From an uncultured Nitrospinota bacterium (GTDB lineage: Bacteria > Tectomicrobia > Entotheonellia > J063 > CAVPRW01), in contig CAVPRW010000023.1 in NCBI GenBank assembly GCA_963707985.1, positions 1 through 64,000 of the forward strand: a DNA stretch of 64,000 bases, in the 5' to 3' direction. Shown here piece after piece: positions 1 to 10,139 of this stretch. The notes beneath the pieces were generated by a model. The model worked only from the letters and a program-made list of their open reading frames with translations. It was not told the origin of the DNA and made no database searches. Numbering within the stretch: the first letter of the stretch is position 1; each line of letters opens with the position of its first letter. The position numbers and the translations under genes are program-made.

Positions 1-32
1 CCGTGACGTGCTGACGGAGCGGGTTACTATAC

Positions 33-965
33 TCAGCCCGAGCCCCAGCTGCGACGAAAGGTCTGGGGCACGACAAAATCGGGCGTCAGGATCGGCGAAT
101 AAGCGCGCATCAGCTGGTGCAACTCGGCGATGTGGTGTGCCCCCAACTCGCTGGTGGAGGCCTGAACGTCCTCCCGTGACAGGCTCGTCCCAGCCTGCGA
201 GTCCTGTGCCAACACCCGGTCGATGCCCCCAACGTCGCTCGCCGCGACCCCACAATACGCTAAGAGGGCGTCCAATACCGCATGCGGTGTCGCCTGCAGG
301 TCCTCGTACCGAAGGACGAACATCGGCACACCTTGCCGCTGGAGGTCCAGGCATCGCTCCATCACTGATACCCACAAATACGTCACCAGCGCGAGGGGCG
401 ACAGCGGCGCGGGGTCCTGCTCCGTGTGCTCCACTACTGTGGGGATGCCTCGCGGGAATAGAGGCTGTAGCGCCGATAGCAACGGCCCTATCTGAGGATC
501 AAAGACGCGAAAGGCCCGAGCCACCGATTGGGCCCAGGCTTCCGCGTGGCGGTACAAGAAAATGACTTTCGCCTCCGGAAAATTATCATACAAGAGATCG
601 CCGAGCTCGATGACGAAGCTCCGAAACTTGAGCGCCCAGGCCGATGCGCCACGGCTTCGTGCGGTCGACGCGCACATGACCAGCGTACAGCTCCGTATTA
701 AGGCCCGCAGCTCCGGGTCGTGGCTGCCGTCGGCGGCACGCCGTGTCAAGAGCTGTGTATAGACGTCTGGCTCCGAAGGGGCTGTCTCGACGAAAATAGC
801 CCGCTGGGTGACGGGATCCACACAGTACAGGCTGATCGTCGGCTGCGTGAGCACCACATGCGGATCGATGGCCTCATCCTCCTGATATTGAAAGTCGTCC
901 AGGCTCACGAGCGCAAGGGGGTGTGGCCGCTGCTTACCTACGATGGTGAGGATGCGAGTGCGCAT
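33..965 (-). CDS. Sulfotransferase-fold protein, apparently with an in-frame internal deletion
   Basis: Motifs SEPDVYTQ, WALKFRS, FPEAKVIFLYR and LRYEDL are typical of P-loop sulfotransferases. Start chosen at ATG 965 (GGAGGA RBS). The expected GRCGST-like PAPS-binding loop is absent. Confidence 0.6.
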   Translation of the reverse strand: MRTRILTIVGKQRPHPLALVSLDDFQYQEDEAIDPHVVLTQPTISLYCVDPVTQRAIFVETAPSEPDVYTQLLTRRAADGSHDPELRALIRSCTLVMCASTARSRGASAWALKFRSFVIELGDLLYDNFPEAKVIFLYRHAEAWAQSVARAFRVFDPQIGPLLSALQPLFPRGIPTVVEHTEQDPAPLSPLALVTYLWVSVMERCLDLQRQGVPMFVLRYEDLQATPHAVLDALLAYCGVAASDVGGIDRVLAQDSQAGTSLSREDVQASTSELGAHHIAELHQLMRAYSPILTPDFVVPQTFRRSWGSG

Positions 966-1131
966 GGTCTTCCTCCGGCGATGTCTCGACGCATAGCCAC
1001 CATTCATGCCACCTTCCTCCTGCGTAAGCCCGAGAGCTTGACTGACAAGTCGCAACTTGATACTTTTGGCTGCCTGCATGCATGGGCTCTATGAATGAGC
1101 TTCACACCTGTACTCACGGCGAGGAGGACCT

Positions 1132-1962
1132 ATGCGCCAGCGCACCATGAGGTGGCTTCTACTCAGTTGTGTCGCGGTTTGTCTGACTCGAGGCGTTGGC
1201 GTGCTGACGCCGTCGGCTGTCTTGGCCGAAGGTGCCGACATCAGGTCTGCCCTCTTCGCTCCGAATGACGCCTCCTATGCCGGGGGGCGTGGGCTCATCA
1301 CCCTTGAAGGTATTTCCGGCATCTTTCTCAACCCCACTTCCGGAACCCTCAGCAAGAGCCAGCTGACCCTCCAGTACTGTGCCGCCATCGAGGATGCAAC
1401 CGACGGCACGCTGGTCGAACACACGGCCATGGTGGCCTATGGGATTACCGATTGGCTCGAGATCGGCGCCCTTGGCCGTGTCCATGATGTGCCCGCCGCC
1501 CCGAACATCGCGGCCTCCGGGCCGCTCCTCCGCATCCGTGTCCTCAAAGAACTGGGGTCGTGGCCAGAATTGAGTATCGGGGGGATATTCCAAGAGGGCA
1601 ACGAGAACCTGACCAGGCAAACCATCTTCATCGCTGCATCCAAAGCCGTGCAGATCGATGCCGACGGCTTCCTCCGCAGCCTCCGGCTGCACGGCGGTTT
1701 CCGCCAGTTCTGGCAGGACGTCCGGGTCAACGAGCAGCAGCCATCCAAGAGCGCGTCCATCGGCTATGTCGGGGGCGAGCTTGAGTTCCCCCAGCATCTC
1801 TATCTCGCTGCGGAAATCTCCAATAACGATAGTTTCCCACATATCCCCTTCGCTGTTGGACTCCAGTGGCGTCACCCTCAGGGCTATGGACTGAGCCTCG
1901 CCGGCATCCAGACCGGTACTGAGCAAGGCCTCTACGTCGGCATCGGCATCGACTTCCGATAG
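1132..1962 (+). CDS. Exported / outer-membrane beta-barrel-like hypothetical protein
   Basis: GAGGAGG RBS, N-terminal signal peptide, alternating amphipathic beta strands, C-terminal VGIGIDFR. Confidence 0.6.
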   Translation: MRQRTMRWLLLSCVAVCLTRGVGVLTPSAVLAEGADIRSALFAPNDASYAGGRGLITLEGISGIFLNPTSGTLSKSQLTLQYCAAIEDATDGTLVEHTAMVAYGITDWLEIGALGRVHDVPAAPNIAASGPLLRIRVLKELGSWPELSIGGIFQEGNENLTRQTIFIAASKAVQIDADGFLRSLRLHGGFRQFWQDVRVNEQQPSKSASIGYVGGELEFPQHLYLAAEISNNDSFPHIPFAVGLQWRHPQGYGLSLAGIQTGTEQGLYVGIGIDFR

Positions 1963-1986
1963 CTTCTCATTCGGGCGTTTTCTTCC

Positions 1987-4740
1987 CTACGGAGGCCGAG
2001 GCGCTGGCGACAACTCGCGCAGGAGCCGCTCAGCCCGCTCAGCGTCCCGATTGGCCCGCATTCTAATCGAGACAAATTGCTCACGCGTCCGCTCTAACTC
2101 AGAGCGGGCGCGTTGCGTCTCGCCCAACTGCCTCAAGGCGATGGCTCGGTAAAGCGCGGTCCGGCCCGCCTCTTGGGCGCGCTGGAGCCGTCCGAACCCT
2201 GCAAACGCGCGATCGAGTATGCCGAGCGCTTCGTCAGGTGCACCCATCATCAGCGCCACCCGCCCAAGCCCCCGCCAAGCCTGGGCGACTGCAAGCGGGT
2301 GTTGTGCCTCATCATAATCTTGTAAGATCCTGTTAAACTCCCTCTGTGCTCCGAGCGCGTCCCCACATTCCAGGCGGGCCTCACCCAGGACCACTTGAAC
2401 CTGCCCCCGGAGCACCGCATTGCCGGGCTCACTCAACAACGCCAACGACGCCTCGGCCATCGTGATGGCACCCGGAAAGTCCTCATCCTCACGCGCCAAA
2501 AAGGCAAGGTTCGCTTTCGCGAATGCTGAACCGGCAACGTAGCCGATCGCCCGGAAAGTTGCGAGCGCCCGCTCGTAGTGCTCTTGCGCGGCTCCAAAAT
2601 CGCCCTGGCTCATCGCGAGTGAACCCAGGTTGTTGTATGCGCCGGCGATCCAATAGGCTTCGCCCGTTAACTTCCAGATCCCGAGCGCCCTCTCGAGATG
2701 GCGTTGTGCTGTTTCATGATCGCCTAGGTCGCGGGCCGCAAGGCCCAAACCATTACTCGCGCGAGCAAGTTCGGACAAGCCTCCGACAGACTGCGCGGCG
2801 TGGTAGGCACGTGCATAGAGCGCCACAGCATCGGCAAGGCGCCCCTCATTAGCCGCGATATCCCCCTCCTCCACGTCAGCCCGAACTAAGGAGAGGTCCT
2901 TGCCAGATCCCACAATCGTACGGCATTCGTGCAGCCGTTCCAGCGCCGCGGTGCCACGGCCCTCAAGGCGGTATAGCCTGGCCAAATCGCAGAGCGTGTG
3001 GGCGGGGATGCTCGCCACCACGTCATCCGGGGCTGCGGCTAGTGAGCTGAGCAGGAGGCGCTCAGCCTCCTCGGTCCGCCCCATGTGCAGGTGCACCAGC
3101 GCGGCTAACCGGTCCGCTTCAGGCCGGTCACGAGGGCAGACCGTGATGGCCTGCATCTTCCTGACGTCTTCTTCCGCCAACCCATAGGCACCGACCCGCA
3201 AACGCATTCTTACCAGGCTCGCATAGGCGAGGGCCGCCAGCCGAAGCTCCTCCTCGGCTGGTGCCTCGATCCGCTCGATCATTTCGATTGCGTGTTGGTA
3301 AAGGCGTACCGCCTCCTCGTTGAGAAATAATTCAGCTGCGCGGTCGCCAGCCTGGATGTTGGCTGCGGCTGCCGGTGCCCATTGCTCGGCACGCTCGTAG
3401 TGGTATGCGAAGAGATCAGGAGGGACGGCATCCGGACCACTCGCGAGCGCACCTAACGCTTCGGCCGTTTTGGCATGCAGCGCCTGGCGCTCGGGTGGCG
3501 ATAGCAGCTCATAGCACGTCTCCTGCAGCAGCGGGCGGGAAAAGAGCCACGGCGTGCGCTGATGGCCGTCAACGCTCTTCACTAATCCCCGGCGCTCCAG
3601 TTTGGGTAGCAGCACCCGGACGGGAGGACCGCGCCAATCCATTAGATGTCGCGCTGCCTCCGTCACCTCTGGATCGAACTCGATCCCTTGGATCGCGCAC
3701 TGGCCCAATAGATCGCGTTCTGGCTGTTCCAGCCGATGAACCATCGCCTGGCTGTTCAATGCCTGCAGATTCACTGTCTTCGTCCCTGCAGCATACGACC
3801 AGCCAGACCGATCCTCGGTAGGTGTCAGTACCCCCTCCTCCATAAGCATCCGAACCATTTCCTCAATGTGCAGCGGTATGCCCGCCGCATGTGTCAGTAT
3901 GTCCGGTCGCAGTGGCTCAGGGAGGTCCGCGCCATGAAGCAGTCGGTCGAGGAGTTCTGCCGCGGCATCGTCGGCCAATGGTCCGAGCCAAATCGTTACC
4001 TCGGGCCGCAATGGGGCTCGTCCCCCTTGACGTGACGACACGATGACCGGTAGGGGCCAGCCGCTAGTTCGCGCGCTCAGCGATGTGAACAGCGCCTTGG
4101 ACGCTGCATCGCCCAGCTCGTATGCGTCCAAGAAAAGGGTGAGGTCCGCCGCATACTCTGCCAGGTGCGTGAGGAGCGTGCCCAAAGCAGGCTCCAGTGA
4201 CCATCGTAGCATTTGCGGCTGAGAACCCAATGATGGTGCGGACAGTTGGTTCGGCGCCGCCACGCACCACAACGTATCGACAAACGATGCCGCATGGTGT
4301 CCTAGTAGTTCCAACGCTGCGGCGAACGCCTCGCGTGTCTTCGGCTGCGATGCCAGACCCATGACCTCGCAAACCACTACGTGCACCAACTGCCGTGCCA
4401 TCCCGAACGGTCGATGCTGAGTGCCTGGCTCTGCAATAACCGTGAGCAGCCGCTTACCATCGAGACGTTTCGCTGCCTCCGTCACGAGTCGCGTCTTACC
4501 AATGCCCCTCTCGCCGCATATTTCAATCCAAGGCTCGCCACCGCGGGCAATCCCCCATCGCTCCACGAGCTCGCAAAGCTCGGCGTCCCGCCCAATCAAT
4601 GGCGCCAACCACTCATGTTGTATGTATACCGGGTGTCCCTTGTCCACGATGGCGTCGAGGCGCTGACCACAGCTACCGCAAAACTTAAATCCAGGGGGAA
4701 TCTCACTGGCGCAGTGTGGACAAATCGTGGGTGTCATCAT
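1987..4740 (-). CDS. Zinc-ribbon + STAND/AAA ATPase + TPR repeat protein
   Basis: N-terminal CPHC...FCGSCG, LIGRDAEL, Walker A GERGIGKT, AAGIPLHIEE and C-terminal TPRs (AYNNLGSLA). GGAGG RBS. Confidence 0.85.
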   Translation of the reverse strand: MMTPTICPHCASEIPPGFKFCGSCGQRLDAIVDKGHPVYIQHEWLAPLIGRDAELCELVERWGIARGGEPWIEICGERGIGKTRLVTEAAKRLDGKRLLTVIAEPGTQHRPFGMARQLVHVVVCEVMGLASQPKTREAFAAALELLGHHAASFVDTLWCVAAPNQLSAPSLGSQPQMLRWSLEPALGTLLTHLAEYAADLTLFLDAYELGDAASKALFTSLSARTSGWPLPVIVSSRQGGRAPLRPEVTIWLGPLADDAAAELLDRLLHGADLPEPLRPDILTHAAGIPLHIEEMVRMLMEEGVLTPTEDRSGWSYAAGTKTVNLQALNSQAMVHRLEQPERDLLGQCAIQGIEFDPEVTEAARHLMDWRGPPVRVLLPKLERRGLVKSVDGHQRTPWLFSRPLLQETCYELLSPPERQALHAKTAEALGALASGPDAVPPDLFAYHYERAEQWAPAAAANIQAGDRAAELFLNEEAVRLYQHAIEMIERIEAPAEEELRLAALAYASLVRMRLRVGAYGLAEEDVRKMQAITVCPRDRPEADRLAALVHLHMGRTEEAERLLLSSLAAAPDDVVASIPAHTLCDLARLYRLEGRGTAALERLHECRTIVGSGKDLSLVRADVEEGDIAANEGRLADAVALYARAYHAAQSVGGLSELARASNGLGLAARDLGDHETAQRHLERALGIWKLTGEAYWIAGAYNNLGSLAMSQGDFGAAQEHYERALATFRAIGYVAGSAFAKANLAFLAREDEDFPGAITMAEASLALLSEPGNAVLRGQVQVVLGEARLECGDALGAQREFNRILQDYDEAQHPLAVAQAWRGLGRVALMMGAPDEALGILDRAFAGFGRLQRAQEAGRTALYRAIALRQLGETQRARSELERTREQFVSIRMRANRDAERAERLLRELSPAPRPP

Positions 4741-4867
4741 GCCTCCAGGGGCTCAGGTGCATCCTCGTCATAAGAATGGATGTCGCTGAAAGCGATGTTA
4801 GCAAGAGGGTATGGAAGAGGCAACCCTGTAGGGGGGGTGCTTGTTATGTTCTTGGACAGCGGAAACC

Positions 4868-7800
4868 TCACCTCTGCCGGATCGCACCGGCCATCTCCTT
4901 CCGTCTAACCCCAGATGACCGCAGCAGCACGGTGGCACGGGTCTTGCGGTATGGTTCATCGCCCATATATTGCCGCCATTCCTCCGGCGTGAGATCACGT
5001 GTAAGGCGCGCGCAGGCTTCGGCAATCATATCCTCCGGCTGCCATAGCCACAGGCGCATGGTGTGATCTGCACTAGCCGTGGCCAAGTAGTGTCCATCAG
5101 GGCTGAAGACAGCAATCAACACGGGGCCGTCATGGGTCAGGCGTGCGACTTCTCGGCCATTACTCGACTCCCACACCCGTGCAAAGTGATCTGTGCTGGC
5201 CGTGGTCACGTGTCGATCATCAGGGCTAAAGACGACGGCTTTCACGCTGCCCTCATGGGTCAGGCGTACAAGCTCCCGGCCGCTTGCCGTATCCCACACC
5301 CGCGCGGTGTGATCCGCGCTTGCGGTGGCAAGGTATCGGCCATCCGAGCTGAAGGTGATGGCCACGACATTGCGCTCATGCAACATGCGTGCGACTTCTC
5401 GGCCACTGGTCACCTGCCACAGGCGAGCACTGCCATCCAGGCTAGCCGTGGCCACATACGTCCCGTCCGGGCTGAAGGTGACGGCCCAGACCAGGTCCTC
5501 ATGGGATAGGCGTACGAGCTCCCGGCCGCTCGCCGTATCCCACACCCGCGCGGTGTGATCCGCGCTTGCGGTGGCAAGGTATCGGCCATCCGAGCTGAAG
5601 GTGATGGCCACGACATTGCGCTCATGCAGCATGCGTGCGACTTCTCGGCCACTGGTCACCTGCCACAGGCGAGCACTGCCATCCAGGCTAGCCGTGGCCA
5701 CATACGTCCCGTCCGGGCTGAAGGTAACGGCCCAGACCAGGTCCTCATGGGATAGGCGTATGAGCTCCCGGCCGCTCGCCGTATCCCACACTCGCGCGGT
5801 GCGGTCCCCACTGGCTGTCGCCAGGTAGATGCCCTCAGGACTGAAAGCAACGGCGAATATTCCCCCCTCATGTGTCATGCGCACAACTTCCCGGCCTGTA
5901 GAGGCCTCCCACAGCTGTAACATGTTGTCACGTGACAACAACAGGTCGACACTCGCGGTAGCCAGGTGGATCCCATCCGGGCTGAAGGCCAGAGCGCTCA
6001 CCTTGCCCGAATGGGTCACCCGTGCGACTTCCCGATAGCCGCATGGTTCCCACACGCGGGCCGTGTGGTCCGAACTCGCCGAAACCAAAGAGGTTCCATC
6101 TGAGCTGAAGGCAACCGCCCAGACAAGGCCTTCATGGACCATGCGGGTGACTTCGCGGCCGCTGGGCACTTCCCACACTCGGGCGATGCCGGCACTGGCC
6201 GTCGCGAGGGAGGTGCCGTTAGGCCCGAAGGCCACCGCTTCGAGCTCGCGCTCATGAGTCATCCGAGCCACTTCGCGGCCGCTGGGCACTTCCCATACCC
6301 GCGCCATGCAATCCTGGCTGGCCGTGGCCAAATAGTGCCCATCGGAGCTGAAGGCGACGGCCCGAATGAGGTCTTCATGGACCATGCAACTGACTTCGCG
6401 GCCGCTGGGCACCTCCCATACCCGCGCCGTGCGATCCTGGCTGGCCGTGGCCAGGTAGCGCCCATCAGGACTGAAGGCGACGGCCCGAATGAGGTCCTTA
6501 TGGATCGTTCGAATGATTTCGCGACCGCTGGGTATTTCCCACACCTGGGTGATGCTGTCACTTGCCGTCGCGAGGGAGGTGCCGTCAGGCCCGAAGGCCA
6601 CCGCTTCGAGTTTACGCTCATGAGTCATTCGCGCCACTTCGCGGCCGCTAGGCACCTCCCATACCCGCGCCGTGCGGTCCTGGCTGGCCGTGGCTAGATA
6701 GCGCCCATCCGGGCTGAAGGCGACGGCCCAGACGAAATCCTCGTGGGTCATTCGTGCCACCTCGCGGCCGCTAGGCACCTCCCACACCCGCGCCGAATCG
6801 TCGCCACTTGCGGTGGCCAGCAGTTGCCCATCGGGGCTGAAGGCAACGCCCGTGTCGATGTCGGTCGCAGTTATGATGCTCTTGTGTTCCAAACGCACAA
6901 CCTCTCGGCCACTGGTCGCATTCCACAGCCGGACCACGTGGTCCTGGCTGGCCGTGGCCAAGTACCGCCCATCGGGGCTGAGGGCGATCTTCTGCACGCT
7001 CTCTGCGTGTTCCAGACGTGCGAGGGGACGAGGGAGCAGAGCCAACCCACGACGGAGAGTTTGATCAGCCTCTAGCGAAGGGGCTCGTCGCATCGCTTCT
7101 ACGGCAAGTAACACACTGCATGGCAAAAGATCGGCCCGGCTATTTCGCATCAATTCGGCCTGCGCTGCAAGCTGGCGGGCTAGGGCATTCCGTCGTTGGC
7201 GCTCCGCCTCTTCGAATAAGATCCGGTAGCGCTCGGCCTCTTCACGTTGTCGCGCGAGCTCATCCTTCTCCTCCTCACGACTGGCCTGGATGAATGCTTG
7301 TGCAACCGGGCTGAGGTCGTCAGGCCGCTCAGCCAGCCAGCGCTCGGCTTCGGCCAACCGTGCCCTACGAAAGAGGAGGTCTTTATCATGGCCGGTGCGC
7401 TGCCATTCGGCTAAAGCCGTCAGCAACCGTTGGCGCCAGAGCACAAACGCCTGGTCCTCCTGCACCCATTGCCGCAGTCGGGTCCAATGCAGGGGCAGGC
7501 TATCGTGAACCAATTCGGCTGTTGCGCCCTCCCGCTCACCCCGCACCACCATCAGACGTTCGTCAGCCAACTGCTGCAGGACGCGCTCCTCCATCCCTGG
7601 GTCGGATGCCTGTTCTACCAGCATGGCCTTTGGAACACGACGCCCCGCCATTGTTCCTCCACCCTCATCTAGCCAGATCAGGCGCGTGAGCAGGCGGCGG
7701 GCCACATGCCGCTCCTTCGGACTCAACCCCTCGATCACCCGGTCGGCATGGTAGCGTAGAGCACCCGCCACCCCACCTACCTCCTGATACGCGTCCCAAG

Positions 7801-9031
7801 TCAGCCAGCGCCCCCGTCGTTTCCTCCAGAGCAAGTCCAGAGTATGCTCCAGTAGGGGCAATGCCACCTCTTCCCTGACTTGGGCGTCAGCCCCCACCTG
7901 TATCGCCAGCCCCTTCTCGAAGATGGCCCCTACTTGGGCTGCCGGCGCCTCGACAACCTCGGCCACTTCCTCAGTAGTCATCGGCTTGAGGTACACCTGG
8001 TGGTTCACCACCTGGCTTGCGAGGTTAGCATAGCGGCCCACATGGCCGTAAAAGTCGGCCCGCATAGTTGTCACAACCCAGGCAGGGCAGTGGGGGTGTT
8101 GAATCGGTGCCAGGAGGGCGTCTAGAAAAAAACGCCGCTCCTCCTCGACCTGACACAGAGTGAAGAGCTCCTCCAGCCGATCGATGATCAGCATCAGCCG
8201 CCCCTGTGAGGGAAGCAATACCTGAATAATGTCAGGTAGTTGTGCGGGTTCCACCTGCAAGCGCCGGAGAAGCGCATCACTCGCCGTCAAGGGGTTGCTC
8301 TGAGGTCGAAGACGACTCAGAGCAATCGCCAGGGCGCGCAGGGGGTTGGGGCCTGGTCGGACCAGCACCCAGGGCCATGTGGAACTGCCAGGAATGATTT
8401 TGGCCTGCAGTCGGGCGAGAAACCCTGCCTGAACGAGGGACGTTTTCCCGCTCCCCGAAGGTCCCAGGACCGCCAGAAATGGATAATGGGTCAGCCGCTC
8501 GAGCATGTCCTCCACATAAGCCGTGCGCCCGAAAAAGAACCGGGCGTCTTCCACACCAAAGGCCGCCAGGCCGCGGTAGGGGGTGGGTTCGTCAGGCAGT
8601 TCGGCTACCAGATGAAGCGGGGGAGCCTCTCCCTTGAGGGCGGCCACGACTTGGGCGAACACATCGGGTTCATCCAAGCTGCTTTCAAAATGCACCCAGG
8701 TGTCCACATTGGCCCAAGTTCCCTGGGGTGGCGAGGTACCCGGCAGCAAGAGGTAAGTAACCCGGAAGTCGGGACGGGCGTCGCGAATGACATAGGCGAG
8801 GTCGCGTTCTTGGCGCTGTACCGGCCCCAGTCCAGAGGAACCCCAAACGATGAGGACGGCGGTCGAGTCGTTCATCGCTGTCTCGATCTCTGCCCGCCAG
8901 GAGAAGCCCGGCTGGAGCCGCGCTAAGTCCAGCCAGACGCGCAAGCCTGCCTCGTGGGTTAGACGGGTCGCCAGCAGCGTGACCTGCGCCACATCCCGTC
9001 TGCTATAGCTAAGAAACACGTCGTAGGTCAT
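4868..9031 (-). CDS. TIR domain + nSTAND1-type NTPase + WD40 repeat protein (NLR-like)
   Basis: YDVFLSYSRRD TIR start, PYRGLAAF...FFGR, Walker A GPSGSGKTS, about 16 WD40 repeats (AFSPDG..LATAS.D.TARVW). ATG 9031 has a GGAG RBS. Confidence 0.92.
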   Translation of the reverse strand: MTYDVFLSYSRRDVAQVTLLATRLTHEAGLRVWLDLARLQPGFSWRAEIETAMNDSTAVLIVWGSSGLGPVQRQERDLAYVIRDARPDFRVTYLLLPGTSPPQGTWANVDTWVHFESSLDEPDVFAQVVAALKGEAPPLHLVAELPDEPTPYRGLAAFGVEDARFFFGRTAYVEDMLERLTHYPFLAVLGPSGSGKTSLVQAGFLARLQAKIIPGSSTWPWVLVRPGPNPLRALAIALSRLRPQSNPLTASDALLRRLQVEPAQLPDIIQVLLPSQGRLMLIIDRLEELFTLCQVEEERRFFLDALLAPIQHPHCPAWVVTTMRADFYGHVGRYANLASQVVNHQVYLKPMTTEEVAEVVEAPAAQVGAIFEKGLAIQVGADAQVREEVALPLLEHTLDLLWRKRRGRWLTWDAYQEVGGVAGALRYHADRVIEGLSPKERHVARRLLTRLIWLDEGGGTMAGRRVPKAMLVEQASDPGMEERVLQQLADERLMVVRGEREGATAELVHDSLPLHWTRLRQWVQEDQAFVLWRQRLLTALAEWQRTGHDKDLLFRRARLAEAERWLAERPDDLSPVAQAFIQASREEEKDELARQREEAERYRILFEEAERQRRNALARQLAAQAELMRNSRADLLPCSVLLAVEAMRRAPSLEADQTLRRGLALLPRPLARLEHAESVQKIALSPDGRYLATASQDHVVRLWNATSGREVVRLEHKSIITATDIDTGVAFSPDGQLLATASGDDSARVWEVPSGREVARMTHEDFVWAVAFSPDGRYLATASQDRTARVWEVPSGREVARMTHERKLEAVAFGPDGTSLATASDSITQVWEIPSGREIIRTIHKDLIRAVAFSPDGRYLATASQDRTARVWEVPSGREVSCMVHEDLIRAVAFSSDGHYLATASQDCMARVWEVPSGREVARMTHERELEAVAFGPNGTSLATASAGIARVWEVPSGREVTRMVHEGLVWAVAFSSDGTSLVSASSDHTARVWEPCGYREVARVTHSGKVSALAFSPDGIHLATASVDLLLSRDNMLQLWEASTGREVVRMTHEGGIFAVAFSPEGIYLATASGDRTARVWDTASGRELIRLSHEDLVWAVTFSPDGTYVATASLDGSARLWQVTSGREVARMLHERNVVAITFSSDGRYLATASADHTARVWDTASGRELVRLSHEDLVWAVTFSPDGTYVATASLDGSARLWQVTSGREVARMLHERNVVAITFSSDGRYLATASADHTARVWDTASGRELVRLTHEGSVKAVVFSPDDRHVTTASTDHFARVWESSNGREVARLTHDGPVLIAVFSPDGHYLATASADHTMRLWLWQPEDMIAEACARLTRDLTPEEWRQYMGDEPYRKTRATVLLRSSGVRRKEMAGAIRQR
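5271..5762. repeat. 246-bp near-perfect tandem duplication (two WD40 blades) inside the TIR-STAND-WD40 gene
   Basis: 5271-5516 and 5517-5762 differ at only about 4 positions; a partial third copy starts at 5763. Confidence 0.95.
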
Positions 9032-9347
9032 GATGGCTCCACTGCACCAGGTTTGCCACTGCTTTTCTCCACCGGTGCCATTGGGCGCAGTCACGACCGC
9101 CATGACGCCGTCCATAAATTCCGGGAACGTCACCACCTCGGTGATCGGTAAAAGCCTGAGGGAGGGGTTAGCGACGGGTGAGGCGTTGGGGCCTCACCAG
9201 GAAACGACAGCGCTCTGCTAGGCAAGCCATGCCCGACAGGGTATTGACGAAGGCGGTACGTCCAGCTGACATTGACATCTTCCCCTTCCCCTCGGGACCA
9301 GCGCTAGGAACGATGATGGCAGTAGAGAGGACCAAACGGACAGGGCG

Positions 9348-9376
9348 AGTGTAGAAACACCCCATCACCGTGTCAA
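9348..9376 (-). promoter_or_regulatory. Sigma70-type promoter for the TIR-STAND-WD40 gene
   Basis: Minus strand TTGACA-17 bp-TACACT; a second TTGACA lies 14 bp further upstream. Confidence 0.7.
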
Positions 9377-9584
9377 GGGAAATATGTCAAATGGTGGAGC
9401 GCGGAAGGTGTGACCGTTGCCTAGGCGCCGCGCCTTGCATCTAGCCTCCGGCCACCTTGTCGGTCGGGTCGGCGCACGGCGACTGCAGGAGCTCTGGCAC
9501 GACCTCGTCCACCTCCATGGGAACATGTGCCACAGAGCAGGCCTTTCGCTTTTATCCGAAATTCAGCGGCAAAGGTGATTGCAG

Positions 9585-9613
9585 TTGACGGTGAGCTAGT
9601 GTGATCGTACAAT
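9585..9613 (+). promoter_or_regulatory. Sigma70-type promoter for the coxSLM-like operon
   Basis: TTGACG-17 bp-TACAAT upstream of the AGGAG RBS and ATG 9651. Confidence 0.7.
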
Positions 9614-9650
9614 TCGAACGCTCTTTTCCATGGCATAGGAGTGCTGAGCC

Positions 9651-10139
9651 ATGCCGCAACAGTGCACCATCCGCTTGACGATCAATGGTCTACCCTTCGA
9701 GGCGGCAGTATCGCCGCGCCTCTTACTGTCGGATTTTCTGCGTGAGACGATAGGTCTGACTGGCGTTCGCGTTTGCTGCGAACAGGGCATCTGCGGCGCC
9801 TGTACGATCCTTGTCGATGGCCAAACAGCGCGGGCATGTCTGATGCTGGCAGTCCAAGCCGACGGTACCAACGTCGTTACGGTTGAGGGGTTGGGTCAGC
9901 CTGGGACTCTTCACCCGCTCCAGCAAGCCTTCTGGGACCACCATGGGTTGCAATGTGGCTACTGTACTCCGGGCATGCTGATCACCGCTTATGAGCTGCT
10001 AAGCCGTAACCCCGATCCATCCGAGACGGAGGTCCGTGAGGCGATTGCCGGGAATATCTGCCGCTGCACGGGCTACGTCCACATTGTGACCTCGATCCTG
10101 GCCGCGGCCCAGGCCATGCGACCAGGAGGTGCTCGATGA
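9651..10139 (+). CDS. coxS: Molybdo-hydroxylase small (2Fe-2S) subunit, CoxS/CutS family
   Basis: CEQGICGAC, QCGYCTPG and GNICRCTGY motifs. Confidence 0.92.
   Translation: MPQQCTIRLTINGLPFEAAVSPRLLLSDFLRETIGLTGVRVCCEQGICGACTILVDGQTARACLMLAVQADGTNVVTVEGLGQPGTLHPLQQAFWDHHGLQCGYCTPGMLITAYELLSRNPDPSETEVREAIAGNICRCTGYVHIVTSILAAAQAMRPGGAR

Noticed and set aside
5063..7020. Periodic repeats as a CRISPR array
   Set aside because: Units are ~123-bp in-frame WD40 coding repeats without unique spacers; no cas genes in the window.
9150..9300. c-di-AMP (ydaO) riboswitch suggested by CCCGTCGCTAACCCC on the minus strand
   Set aside because: Only a partial 3' match; the upstream conserved elements are absent.
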